A stretch of DNA of 32,000 nt, taken from contig NZ_CP060715.1 of assembly GCF_014396165.1 (NCBI RefSeq), positions 1 to 32,000 of the forward strand, written 5' to 3'. Positions 1-9,162 of this stretch are shown piece by piece. The position numbers and the translations under genes were made by a program. A model generated the notes under the pieces. The model was not told the DNA's origin, searched no databases, and saw nothing but the letters and a program-made list of their open reading frames with translations. Positions within the stretch are counted from its first letter, which is position 1. Each line of letters starts with the position of its first letter. The stretch comes from Erysipelothrix inopinata. Lineage in GTDB: Bacteria; Bacillota_I; Bacilli_A; Erysipelotrichales; Erysipelotrichaceae.

Positions 1-10
1 AGATATAAAA

Positions 11-40
11 AAAGGTCGTGAGGGGATGTACGACCTTTTT
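11..40 (-). terminator. Intrinsic terminator downstream of the LysR-family gene (hairpin usable on both strands)
   Basis: Stem AAAGGTCGT (11-19) pairs with ACGACCTTT (30-38) around a 10-nt loop. A-run 7-13 and T-run 36-40 place a U-tract after the hairpin on either strand. It lies about 105 nt past the stop at 147. Confidence 0.65.
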
Positions 41-146
41 AAACATCCATTTATTATATGTTTGGATGACAAACACATTCTATCAATTTTATTTCTTAAG
101 TCGGTTTAAATGTTACGAAACCTTGAGTTTATGTCATAAAATATCA

Positions 147-1070
147 TTAAATATAATGATCTAAGGGATTCTGAGAAAATGCCATCAGTTCATTATAGAC
201 ACGCCAGTATAGAAGGTGTTCAGGTTTATTATTAAGATCAAAGGTCGTGACTAATTGCAAGTAGAACCTTGAAACATCATGATCCTTCAATTTAATCCAC
301 TTGATATCATTTCGTTTTAGAACATTACTAAATTCGTAAGGGAGTACACTGACAGAATCATAAGCAGCAACATGCTCCACAACTACTTCCCAGTTTTCAT
401 TTTGGTAGACAATATTAGGTTCAAATCCCAGCTTGCGACAGCGATTTGGTATTTCATTACCTACGGCATAATCTTTCGTCACCATAGAAAACTCACAATC
501 TTTTAAATCTTCAAGAGTTAGCTCTGTGCGATTAAAAAGCGGATTGCGGTGTGATACCACCACTCCAACATCATAATAGTATCCTTTTAAGTAATTAGCA
601 TTAGTCTCAAGTTTTGGAAAATATACAGGTTGGGATATCAGAGCCATATCAATTTCACCTTGGATCAACATACTTTGAATTTCTTTGGAACCTCTTTGGA
701 CGAAGATTAGATCATATTGTTTATACTTTTTTCTAAAACTTTCGAAAGCATCCATGTAGTTAATCGAGGAGAGTGTCGTGAGACCAAAGCGAATTTCTCG
801 ACGATAAAGTTCTGTTTCAGTTTTAAGCGATCTTTCAAGACGTGCAAAATTTTCAAGAACTTCTTTACTTCCTTCATAGAGAATTTGCCCACTTGGTGTC
901 ATTTCAATGCCATGATTATAACGCTCTAGTAATTGTATTCCTAGTTCTTCCTCTAGCTGTTTGATACTCCAACTCAAAGCAGGTTGGGTAACGTGCAAAA
1001 GTCGTGAGGCGGAAGAAAAACTTCCGGCCTCAACGACTGTAACATAGTATTTTAAATCCTTTACATCCAT
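147..1070 (-). CDS. LysR-family transcriptional regulator
   Basis: 307-aa ORF. The N-terminal winged-HTH signature (LKYYVTVVEAGSFSSASRLLHVTQPALSWSIKQLEEELG) is typical of LysR, followed by a substrate-binding-domain-length C-terminus. A GAGGA RBS sits 12 nt after the buk stop, so it is probably the last gene of the operon. Confidence 0.9.
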   Translation of the reverse strand: MDVKDLKYYVTVVEAGSFSSASRLLHVTQPALSWSIKQLEEELGIQLLERYNHGIEMTPSGQILYEGSKEVLENFARLERSLKTETELYRREIRFGLTTLSSINYMDAFESFRKKYKQYDLIFVQRGSKEIQSMLIQGEIDMALISQPVYFPKLETNANYLKGYYYDVGVVVSHRNPLFNRTELTLEDLKDCEFSMVTKDYAVGNEIPNRCRKLGFEPNIVYQNENWEVVVEHVAAYDSVSVLPYEFSNVLKRNDIKWIKLKDHDVSRFYLQLVTTFDLNNKPEHLLYWRVYNELMAFSQNPLDHYI

Positions 1071-1082
1071 AGACGATCCTCG

Positions 1083-2144
1083 TTATCTTTTGAAAATCTG
1101 TACCGGTTCTTCTTTGGAATAGGCACGATATCCTCCGAATGCGAGTGCTTCAAGTTCAAATTCGCGAGGATACACGATGATGGGACCCAAAAACTCAGTC
1201 CGTTCTGTGATCCAATCCATAATGCGTTTGGATCGCGCAAATCCGCCACTAATTACAATGCCATCAATCTTTCCATGAAGTACAGGACTGAGACTTGCAA
1301 TCGATTTTGAGATTTGATAAGCCATTGCTTCTAAGATATAAGCAGCTTCTTCATCACCTTGCTCAATTCGTTGTTCAATAATTCTGACATCATTGGTATC
1401 AAGATATGAAACCAATCCACCGACGTGTCTCATTTTCTTGATAACGCTTTCTTTGTCTTCATTATAGCATAGATTCATAAAGAGTCGTAACGGTAATCCG
1501 CCACTTCTTTCAGGAGAGAATGCTCCCTCATCATCGGAAACGATATCAACCATTCTTCCCTTCTCATGAGCTGAAACAGTAATACCACTTCCTGCATGAA
1601 CGACAATTAGATTTAGTTCTTGATATGGACGGCCAATCTCAGAAGCATAATTAATCGCAGCGGCCCTTGAGTTTAACATATGACCAATACTCTTACGATC
1701 CATTCCTTTAAGACCAGAAGGTCTTGCGAGAGGACCAAATTGGTCTACTGAAATTGGATCATAAATGTAAGCGACACAATCCTTAGCTTGATCAACAAAT
1801 TTTTGAGCAATCGAAGCTCCTAGGTTTGCAGGATGAATGACTTCAGAGTCGTTTAACAAGTAATCAATCAACTCTGGTGTTACCGCAATTGCTCCTGCGT
1901 CAACGGGTGGTAAAATACCACCACGTCCTACGGCAATATTAATTTCTGTTGGATCATATCCTTTTGCTACCAGTACATCATAGATCGATTGGTAACGATC
2001 CTCCAATTGATCTTTCATGGTTGGGTACTGAGCAATTTGTTCTTTTGTGTACTGAACTTCATCTTGAAACAATTCAACATATTTATCAAATAAGGCAAAT
2101 TTTGTTGATGTTGCTCCAGGATTAATACTTAAAATTAGAGTCAT
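1083..2144 (-). CDS. buk: Butyrate (branched/short-chain acyl) kinase
   Basis: 353 aa with an N-terminal ILSINPGATSTKFALFD phosphate-1 motif of the acetate/butyrate kinase (ASKHA) family. Length and sequence fit Buk rather than AckA. ATGA overlap with the ptb stop. Confidence 0.9.
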   Translation of the reverse strand: MTLILSINPGATSTKFALFDKYVELFQDEVQYTKEQIAQYPTMKDQLEDRYQSIYDVLVAKGYDPTEINIAVGRGGILPPVDAGAIAVTPELIDYLLNDSEVIHPANLGASIAQKFVDQAKDCVAYIYDPISVDQFGPLARPSGLKGMDRKSIGHMLNSRAAAINYASEIGRPYQELNLIVVHAGSGITVSAHEKGRMVDIVSDDEGAFSPERSGGLPLRLFMNLCYNEDKESVIKKMRHVGGLVSYLDTNDVRIIEQRIEQGDEEAAYILEAMAYQISKSIASLSPVLHGKIDGIVISGGFARSKRIMDWITERTEFLGPIIVYPREFELEALAFGGYRAYSKEEPVQIFKR

Positions 2145-3049
2145 ATTTTTTTATTCCTTTCAGCGATAAAACAAGAAAGTAATATTGAATTAATTTTTTC
2201 ATCTTCCATCGACCCTCGTGATGTCAGGATAATAGGAACTTTAGCACCTTGAATGATGCCTGCCATCTTACCATCAGTGAGTAATGTTCCGGCTTTTCCA
2301 AGAATATTACCACTTATAATATCTGGAACAATTAGGATATTCGCGTCCCCTTGAATCTTCCCTTTGTACTGTTTCACATCCACTGCTTCTTTAGAAATAG
2401 CAAGATCTAAAGAGATAGGTCCTTCAAGAATGGCATTTTCCCATTCAAGTTGTGCTAATTTTTCGGACTCAAATGATGATGGAATTCTTGGATTGGTATG
2501 TTCTGCAGCATCAAGTAGTGCTACTTTTGGAACTTCAATACCGATAGCATGAGCTACAGATATTGTATTTTCAATGATCCCAATTTTTTGTTCATAAGTT
2601 GGATAAGGAATCATACCTCCATCACTGACAAAGTACATAGCATTGCGATGGGGAATTTCTGTTAAAGCAACATGGGAGAGAACTTTTTGTTCACGAATCC
2701 CTGTTTCTTTGTTGACCACAGCTTTCAATAAGTCACTCGTTTGAATAAAACCTTTCATAATGAGTTCAACCTCACCCTTACGAGCCATCTCAACTGCTAT
2801 CTGTGCTGCTTTAACGGGATCCTGTTGGTCAATAATTGTATAAGCGGTATGAAGTTCGCTGTCTACCATTAGTGTCTCAATTTCCTTTTTATCTCCAATG
2901 AGAATGGGTTCAATATAACCACGCTTTGCGACATTATCAACTGCAAGCAAGGCACTGGCTTCATGAGCACAAACTAATGCAAGTTTCTTTTTTGTTATTT
3001 TATTTCTAACGAGTACAGCTTCCAGTTCAACAAAATTCTTCATAGTCAC
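2141..3049 (-). CDS. ptb: Phosphate butyryltransferase (phosphotransacylase)
   Basis: 302 aa of the PTA_PTB family. It aligns by eye with clostridial Ptb (blocks MKG..T, SHVA, VAHAIGIE.PKVA, LTSR) and has the short Ptb length rather than Pta length. Confidence 0.88.
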   Translation of the reverse strand: MTMKNFVELEAVLVRNKITKKKLALVCAHEASALLAVDNVAKRGYIEPILIGDKKEIETLMVDSELHTAYTIIDQQDPVKAAQIAVEMARKGEVELIMKGFIQTSDLLKAVVNKETGIREQKVLSHVALTEIPHRNAMYFVSDGGMIPYPTYEQKIGIIENTISVAHAIGIEVPKVALLDAAEHTNPRIPSSFESEKLAQLEWENAILEGPISLDLAISKEAVDVKQYKGKIQGDANILIVPDIISGNILGKAGTLLTDGKMAGIIQGAKVPIILTSRGSMEDEKINSILLSCFIAERNKKI

Positions 3050-3051
3050 CT

Positions 3052-4101
3052 CTACTGTACATCAATGAAATAGTCTTCAGATTTAACCATTTTCTTCATA
3101 TTAACAAAGACATAGCGGAATAAGAATGCGAGCGCTACTGGTACTACCACAAATGTGATTGTTGCACGAAGGATATTAGGGAATGTCCAGCCACCTGCTA
3201 AGTTAATAGCATTTACCGGTCCAATAAGTCCACTAATTCCAAATCCAGCTGACATTGGTGTTCCTTGTTGTCCTAAGATAGCACATACAAGTCCACTTAC
3301 AGCGGCATTAGCAAGGATAGGCATCATAATCTTAGGTTGCTTGATTACATTAGGCATTGCCATTTTTGGTGATCCAAGAATTAAAGCAATGTTTGTACCA
3401 ACTTCATTTGATTTCCAACCTGTAATAGCTAATCCGAATGCTGCAGCACAGATACCGACGTTTGCAGCACCTGATCCAACACCTGCTAGGTTTACAGCAA
3501 GTGCGATACCTACTGTGGATAGTGGTGATACAATCATCATCGCAAAGATAATTGCCATGAGTACTGACATTACAATTGGTTGTAGGTCAAGTAAGTAGCT
3601 GATTCCTTGAGCAACGGCTCCGGTAATTTTTTGAACATATGGTAATAAGAATAAACCAAGTCCACCCGCAACAATTAGTATCAGTGTTGGTACAAGCAAC
3701 ATGGTATACGCTTTAAATCGATTACCAAAGTATAGAACCATAATTACAGCTATTGTGGCAGTGAGTGTCATATTAATAATGTCACCACTTCCTTTAAATA
3801 AGAAACCGTCAGCTGTAAGTTTCCAAGCACCCGATCCCATTCCAGTCGCCATAGCAACCGAAACTGTTTGAATTGGTGTAAACTTAAACATCATTGAAAT
3901 TGCTACCCCAACTGCAACTCCCATCATGGTCATCGCAAGTGCCGTTGCATTTAAGACAAACTGACCTTGCGGAAATACAGGTAATAATGCTTTAAACAAT
4001 TCATTAAGTAATGCACCAGGAATTAACACAACTACGGATCCTACTGCAACACCATTCAGAATTTTCATTCCGAATCCTTTTTCGAATATTTTGTTTTTCA
4101 T
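3052..4101 (-). CDS. Polytopic membrane protein, PTS EIIC-like (EIIC_2-type) orphan permease
   Basis: 349 aa, about 10 hydrophobic segments, Gly/Ala-rich. It shares long blocks with the paralog at 11287-12315: LIPGALL, GNRFKAYT.LLVPT, MIVSP.ST.G.A.A..LAG.GSGAAN.GICAA.FGLAI.G, LGSPKM, GTP.SAGFGISGLIGP. From memory it resembles the PF13303-type EIIC family, which needs HMM confirmation. Own GAGAAGGGA RBS, 11 nt after the pdhD stop and 2 nt before the ptb start. Confidence 0.6.
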   Translation of the reverse strand: MKNKIFEKGFGMKILNGVAVGSVVVLIPGALLNELFKALLPVFPQGQFVLNATALAMTMMGVAVGVAISMMFKFTPIQTVSVAMATGMGSGAWKLTADGFLFKGSGDIINMTLTATIAVIMVLYFGNRFKAYTMLLVPTLILIVAGGLGLFLLPYVQKITGAVAQGISYLLDLQPIVMSVLMAIIFAMMIVSPLSTVGIALAVNLAGVGSGAANVGICAAAFGLAITGWKSNEVGTNIALILGSPKMAMPNVIKQPKIMMPILANAAVSGLVCAILGQQGTPMSAGFGISGLIGPVNAINLAGGWTFPNILRATITFVVVPVALAFLFRYVFVNMKKMVKSEDYFIDVQ

Positions 4102-4112
4102 AGTCCCTTCTC

Positions 4113-5519
4113 CTATATGTGTATTGGTAATCCAAGAGCTAATTCAGATACATCCATTATCATTTCTCCAAGTGTTGGATGGGTATGAATGATTAATGAA
4201 ATGTCTTCAACTGTAAGGTTGGATTCGATAGCCATCGTTAATTCTCCAATTAACTCACTTGCATGTTCTCCAACAATCTCTGCACCAATTACAGCATTTG
4301 ATTCTTTTTCTGTAATGATGCGTACAAAACCAAGTGTTTCATTCATTGAAAGTGCACGTCCGTTTGCAGCATAAGGGAATTGGTATGCTTTAGCATCGTA
4401 TCCAGCTTCCTTCGCTTGTTGTAAGTTATGACCTACAACTGCAATTTCAGGTGATGTGAAGCATACTGCTGGAATAACACTGTAGTCAAATCCTGCAGCA
4501 TGACCATTGATAACCTCTGCAACCACTTTTGCTTCATAAGATGCTTTATGAGCAAGTGCTGCCCCAGGAACAATATCACCGATTGCGAAAATAGTTTCTA
4601 CAGATGTACGACCTTGATCATCAATTTCAACTAAACCACGATCGGATACTTTCACATCTGTATATTCAAGACCAATATCATCCGTATTCGGACGACGTCC
4701 TACAGTAACGAGTACATAGTCAACATCCATGGATTCAATTTTTCCATCTGATTCATAACTGACAGTTACTGATTTTTCATTGTTTTTAGCTTCTTTAGCT
4801 AATACATTTGTTTTGATTGTGACACCTTTTGATTCATAATCTTGCTCAACAAATTTCACTAAATCTTTTGAAAAGTTTGGCAAGATTTGTTTTGAACCTT
4901 CAAGAATTGTGACCTTCGTCCCTAAGTTTGCGAACACATTAGCCAATTCACATCCAATGTAGCCTCCCCCAACGATTGCGAGAGATTTTGGAATATGTTC
5001 CAAGTTCAAGACTACGGTTGAATCAAGAATTCGACCACCAAATTTAAAACCTTTAATTTGAATTGGATGACTTCCTGTCGCAAGAATACAGGTGTCAAAT
5101 GTATAAGTTTGTCCTGCATCTTCGGTAACAACACGAATTTTGCTGTTATCAACAAAGTGTGCCTCACCTTTTACAATTTCAACTTTATTTTTTCTTAGTA
5201 AAGCCTGTATTCCTTGCGTTAGTTGCTTCACCACTTGGGTATTCTTCCATTCTTGAGTCAATTTCATATCAAGTTCTGGTTTTCCAAGTTTTAGTCCGTA
5301 TGGGTTGCCTTGAAGGCTACGATGATAGTTTTCACTTACATGAATCATGGCTTTTGAAGGAATACAACCTACATTAAGGCATGTTCCTCCAATCTCATCA
5401 CGTTCAACAATCGTGACTTTTTGCCCTAATTGGGCAGCGCGGATTGCTGCGACATAGCCACCAGGGCCACTCCCAACAACCACGCACTCAAGATGTTTTG
5501 CGAAATCTCCAACTACCAT
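4113..5519 (-). CDS. pdhD: Dihydrolipoyl dehydrogenase (E3)
   Basis: 468 aa with FAD motif GSGPGGY, redox-active disulfide GGTCLNVGCIPSK and C-terminal HTHPTLGE His-Glu dyad. Confidence 0.95.
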   Translation of the reverse strand: MVVGDFAKHLECVVVGSGPGGYVAAIRAAQLGQKVTIVERDEIGGTCLNVGCIPSKAMIHVSENYHRSLQGNPYGLKLGKPELDMKLTQEWKNTQVVKQLTQGIQALLRKNKVEIVKGEAHFVDNSKIRVVTEDAGQTYTFDTCILATGSHPIQIKGFKFGGRILDSTVVLNLEHIPKSLAIVGGGYIGCELANVFANLGTKVTILEGSKQILPNFSKDLVKFVEQDYESKGVTIKTNVLAKEAKNNEKSVTVSYESDGKIESMDVDYVLVTVGRRPNTDDIGLEYTDVKVSDRGLVEIDDQGRTSVETIFAIGDIVPGAALAHKASYEAKVVAEVINGHAAGFDYSVIPAVCFTSPEIAVVGHNLQQAKEAGYDAKAYQFPYAANGRALSMNETLGFVRIITEKESNAVIGAEIVGEHASELIGELTMAIESNLTVEDISLIIHTHPTLGEMIMDVSELALGLPIHI

Positions 5520-5522
5520 ATT

Positions 5523-6775
5523 TTATCCCTCCAATACAATCTTGTTTGGATCTGATAAGACTTGCTTTAAAGTGTCTAATGCTTGTTGTGCTTCGACACC
5601 ATCGATAATACGGTGATCAAAGGTAAATGATAATTTCATCATTGGTGCAATTTCAATTGCGAGTTCATCATTCACGAATGTATCCATTTCAATTCGAGCC
5701 GTTCCAAGGATACCTACTTCAGGTGCATTGATGATTGGAGTTGAGTAAACACCATCTTTTGATGATCCACCCACATTTGTAATGGTAAATGATCCGTTCA
5801 TCATGCTATCACGAGGTAATTTACCTGCTTCAGCAAGACGTGCATTTTCTTCAATTTCCTTGGAAATTTCAAAGAGATTCTTACGATCTGCATTCTTAAT
5901 GTTAGGAACAACAAGTCCTTGAGATGTATTGGTTGCGACACCAATATTAATAGCATCTCGGTATACAATCTCGTCAGTTTTTTCATCAACATAAGCATTA
6001 AAGATTGGGTAACGTTTTAACATCGTTACTGCAGCCTTTACAAAGTATGCAGTATAAGTAAGTCGAACATCATGTTCTTTTGCATATTCTTTGTATGCTT
6101 CACGATGTGCTACAAGTTCTGTGGCATTAAGTTTTGAAAATACAGTAACACGAGGGATGGTTGACGTAGAATGAACCATTGCTTGCATTGTAGCTTTTCG
6201 AATTGGTGTCATCTTTTCACGACGTTCTCCGCCAGTTGTTGTGATAACTGGTGCCTTTGTAGGTGTCGTTTGTTCTACAACAGGTGTTTCAGATACGACT
6301 GGATCGCCTCCACTTAGATATCCATCAATATCTTCACGCGTTACAGTGTTGTTTTTACCTGTTGCTGTAACTAAATTAATATCTACATTCTTTCGCGTGC
6401 GTATTTACGAACGGATGGAATTGCTTTTGCTTTTTGAGCTGGTTTTTCTTGTTTCGCAACTGGAACTACTGCAGCTGGTGTTTCTGGTTTTGCTTCAGGT
6501 TCCGGTGCTTTTTGAGCTTTATCAGCAGGGACTGCTCCCTCAACTTCAATTTCAAGTAATACTTGTCCTACTTTCGCCACTTCATGTTCCTCAACTAAAA
6601 GTGCCTTAACCTCTCCTGCAACAGGAGATGGTACTTCAATAGTAGTTTTGTCATTTTGGACTTCGAATAGTGGATCATCAACTTTAACGACATCTCCAAC
6701 TTTCACGTCCCAAGCGACAATTTCACTTTCGGTAATTCCTTCTCCAAGATCGGGTAGTTTAAATTTATAGATCAT
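5523..6775 (-). pseudogene. pdhC: Dihydrolipoamide acyltransferase (E2) interrupted by a single-base frameshift
   Basis: ORF 6383-6775 encodes the lipoyl domain (EVQNDKTTIEVPS), an Ala/Pro/Glu linker and the start of the subunit-binding domain (IPSVRKYARE), then hits TAG at 6383-6385. A second frame, open from 6404 downward, continues NVDINLVTATGKNNTVTREDIDGYLSGG, a linker and the catalytic domain with DHRIIDG (ORF 5523-6212). Adding one base in 6386-6404 restores a roughly 417-aa E2. Confidence 0.85.
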
Positions 6776-6783
6776 ACGTCCTC

Positions 6784-7764
6784 CTAATAATTTTCTGTTA
6801 AATTACGTGCTGTTTGAGCAATATCTTCTGCATTTGGTAACCAAATACTTTCTGCTTGTGGTAACGGATATGTTGTATCTGGTGCTGTTACTCGAGTTAC
6901 TGGTGCTTCAAGTTCTAAGAATAAGCGTTCACTTAGCTCTGACATAACGTGGCTTGCAATTCCAGCTTGACGTTGTGCTTCTTGAATTACGATCACTTTA
7001 CCTGTTTTCGCAACTGACTCTCTCAGTGTTTCAATATCCAATGGTGCGATGATACGCAAGTCAATAACTTCAGCATCGATACCTTCTGCAGCAAGAGTTT
7101 CCGCAGCTTTTTTAGCTTCGTTAACCATTGCTCCATAAGCAATTAATGTAATATCGTTTCCTTCACGAACAACATTTGATTTATCGAGAGGCACTTCATA
7201 AACACCTTCAGGAACTTCCATTTTTTCACCACGATACAATTTTAAGTGTTCCAAGAATACGACAGGGTCATTACTCTTGATGGATGAAATTAAAAGTCCT
7301 TTTGCGTCATAAGGGTTTGATGGAACAACAACACGAATACCAGGCATTTGTGCAATCATTCCTTCATAACTATCTGAGTGAATTTCAGGTGTTCCAACAC
7401 CACCACCAAATGGACTTCTTAATGTGATTGGGCAGTGTAGTTGTCCGGCTGTACGATATCTCATACGTGCCATTTGGTTTGTAAGTGAATCAATCGCTTC
7501 TGTTACGAATCCAAAGAATTGAATTTCTGGGATGGGTCTGAACCCTTCAACACCTAAACCAATAGCAAGGCCTAAAATACCTGACTCAGCGAGTGGTGTA
7601 TCAAAAACACGTTGATCGCCATGTTTGGCTTGAAGTCCATCAGTAGCTCTAAAGACACCACCGTTTTTCCCAACATCTTCACCAAATATCAATGTTTTAT
7701 TATCTTGTTCTAACATTACATCTAACGCATCGGTAATCGCTTCAACCATATTTTTGTTAGCCAT
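6784..7764 (-). CDS. pdhB: 2-oxoacid (pyruvate-type) dehydrogenase E1 beta subunit
   Basis: 326 aa, collinear by eye with Bacillus PdhB ([58 protein letters not shown]). Confidence 0.92.
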   Translation of the reverse strand: MANKNMVEAITDALDVMLEQDNKTLIFGEDVGKNGGVFRATDGLQAKHGDQRVFDTPLAESGILGLAIGLGVEGFRPIPEIQFFGFVTEAIDSLTNQMARMRYRTAGQLHCPITLRSPFGGGVGTPEIHSDSYEGMIAQMPGIRVVVPSNPYDAKGLLISSIKSNDPVVFLEHLKLYRGEKMEVPEGVYEVPLDKSNVVREGNDITLIAYGAMVNEAKKAAETLAAEGIDAEVIDLRIIAPLDIETLRESVAKTGKVIVIQEAQRQAGIASHVMSELSERLFLELEAPVTRVTAPDTTYPLPQAESIWLPNAEDIAQTARNLTENY

Positions 7765-7766
7765 TG

Positions 7767-8864
7767 TTATTGATTCTCCTTTTCTTTATATATTTCATAC
7801 TGTTCTTCCAGTGCTGGTGGCATGACTTCAAACATATTCTTCAAGTAACCTGATACGGTTTGTTTTGGAACATGACGTGAGTCTTCCATTGCTTGTTTCA
7901 CTTCTTCTTGTGTTTTTTCAATGATAGCTTCTTCTTTTTCTTCTGACCAAAGACCTTTATCTGTAAGATAATTTCTCATTCGAATAAGTTGATCTTTAGG
8001 ACGCCATTTCTCAACCATTTCATCATCACGATAACGTTTTGGATCATCACTTAATGTATGCGGTCCATAGCGGAATGTAAGGAATTCAAGAAGAACTGGT
8101 CCATTACCTTCGACAGCATATTCACGAGCAGCACGTGTTGCTGCATAGACTGCGAATGGGTCCATTCCATCTACAAACAGATGAGCAATCCCAACACCCA
8201 CACCTTTTTGCGAAAGTGTTTTTGCACGTGTTTGGAATGAACGTGGCACCGAAATACCAAATCCATTATTTTGAGCGATAAAGATAACTGGTGCATCGTA
8301 AGCCCCCGCAAAGTTAATTCCTTCGTAGAAGTCACCTTGTGATGTACCACCATCTCCAATATATGTCATGGCTACATTTTTCTTATTATTTAACTTTAAT
8401 CCAAGTCCAACCCCTGCTGCTTGGATAATTTGTGCTCCAATAATAACTTGAGGTGGGAATGATTTAATTGATGAATCATAGCTGAATCCATCCGTATGTC
8501 CGTTATACCAGTTAATAGCTTTACGTGTTTCTACCCCATGACGAATCATTGGAGGCACATCACGATACGTTGGCAACAGCCAGTCGCCTTGTTCTAAGGC
8601 ATATTGTGAGATTAATTGACTTGCTTCTTGCCCTTCAGTAGGTGGTAAGTTACCAACAATTCCTTGACGGCTCAAGATACTTACACGTTTATTGTATTCG
8701 CGACCCCAAACCATGATTTCCATCATCTCTACTAATTGATCATCAGTAAGTTCAGGCATATAGTCCTTATTAACAATTTTCCCCGTTTCGTCCATTATTT
8801 GAAATGGAACTTGCTCTTTATTTGATTCTTTTACAATTTTCTTGTAGTCTATTTTTTTAGTCAT
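7767..8864 (-). CDS. pdhA: 2-oxoacid (pyruvate-type) dehydrogenase E1 alpha subunit
   Basis: The TPP motif [18 protein letters not shown]...NNGFGIS and the N-terminus ([12 protein letters not shown]...MPELTDDQL) resemble Gram-positive PdhA. I place the start at ATG 8864 (MTKKIDYKK), preceded by an AAAGGA RBS. The 16-codon upstream extension in the ORF track has no RBS. Confidence 0.9.
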   Translation of the reverse strand: MTKKIDYKKIVKESNKEQVPFQIMDETGKIVNKDYMPELTDDQLVEMMEIMVWGREYNKRVSILSRQGIVGNLPPTEGQEASQLISQYALEQGDWLLPTYRDVPPMIRHGVETRKAINWYNGHTDGFSYDSSIKSFPPQVIIGAQIIQAAGVGLGLKLNNKKNVAMTYIGDGGTSQGDFYEGINFAGAYDAPVIFIAQNNGFGISVPRSFQTRAKTLSQKGVGVGIAHLFVDGMDPFAVYAATRAAREYAVEGNGPVLLEFLTFRYGPHTLSDDPKRYRDDEMVEKWRPKDQLIRMRNYLTDKGLWSEEKEEAIIEKTQEEVKQAMEDSRHVPKQTVSGYLKNMFEVMPPALEEQYEIYKEKENQ

Positions 8865-8978
8865 ACTATGTCCTTTCTCTAATTTTAGGTAAACTAAAAA
8901 CAGTACAAACAATCAAAACTTTTTCTGTGTACACGGTTTGCATATATATGATGTTAGCGCTTTCATCTTTGCAACTTC

Positions 8979-9007
8979 ATTATAGTATCCTATCGAAGTT
9001 CTGTAAA
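8979..9007 (-). promoter_or_regulatory. Sigma-A type promoter of the pdh-ptb-buk operon
   Basis: On the minus strand, TTTACA (9007-9002), an exact 17-nt spacer, then TATAAT (8984-8979). The predicted TSS is near 8972, giving a leader of about 108 nt before ATG 8864. Confidence 0.7.
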
Positions 9008-9022
9008 ATAGAGATGATTTTT

Positions 9023-9045
9023 ACCTATAAAATATTTTTATAGGT
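9023..9045. promoter_or_regulatory. Perfect 10-bp-arm inverted repeat, candidate LysR-type operator
   Basis: ACCTATAAAA-tat-TTTTATAGGT, centred about 62 bp upstream of the predicted TSS, and containing T-N11-A (9028-9040). Confidence 0.45.
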
Positions 9046-9162
9046 GTCTATGATTGAGGGTCTATTTAAAACTGAATAATAGGATTTGTCACACAAATGT
9101 CATATTCAAGTGTTATCATGTATAATGTTAATGATATAAAAAATAGAAAGATTAGGTAGATT

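Noticed and set aside
3155-3598. A 147-aa ORF antisense to the EIIC-like gene has a similar antisense ORF (11579-11842) in the paralog. The two share peptide stretches such as AAQIP.FAAP.P.PA and GDTIIIAK.
   Set aside because: The similarity mirrors sense-strand conservation between the two paralogous permease genes. Gly/Ala-rich codons leave the opposite strand open. Neither ORF has an RBS or independent signals.
5523-6212. Reading the 229-aa ORF as an independent, catalytic-domain-only acyltransferase gene.
   Set aside because: Its frame stays open upstream to 6404 and there encodes the remainder of the subunit-binding domain, contiguous with the lipoyl-domain ORF. The internal Met at 6212 has no RBS. 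One gene with a frameshift explains everything.
6241-6609. A 122-aa plus-strand ORF (GTG start) crosses the E2 linker region.
   Set aside because: It is antisense to the Ala/Pro/Glu linker and subunit-binding domain of E2, has a low-complexity Leu/Val/Gln-rich translation and lacks an RBS. It is an artefact of the biased linker composition.
9084-9098. A small palindrome ATTTGT-cac-ACAAAT lies upstream of the trigger-factor-like lipoprotein gene.
   Set aside because: With only 6-bp arms it is easily produced by chance, and I could not define a convincing -35/-10 relationship.
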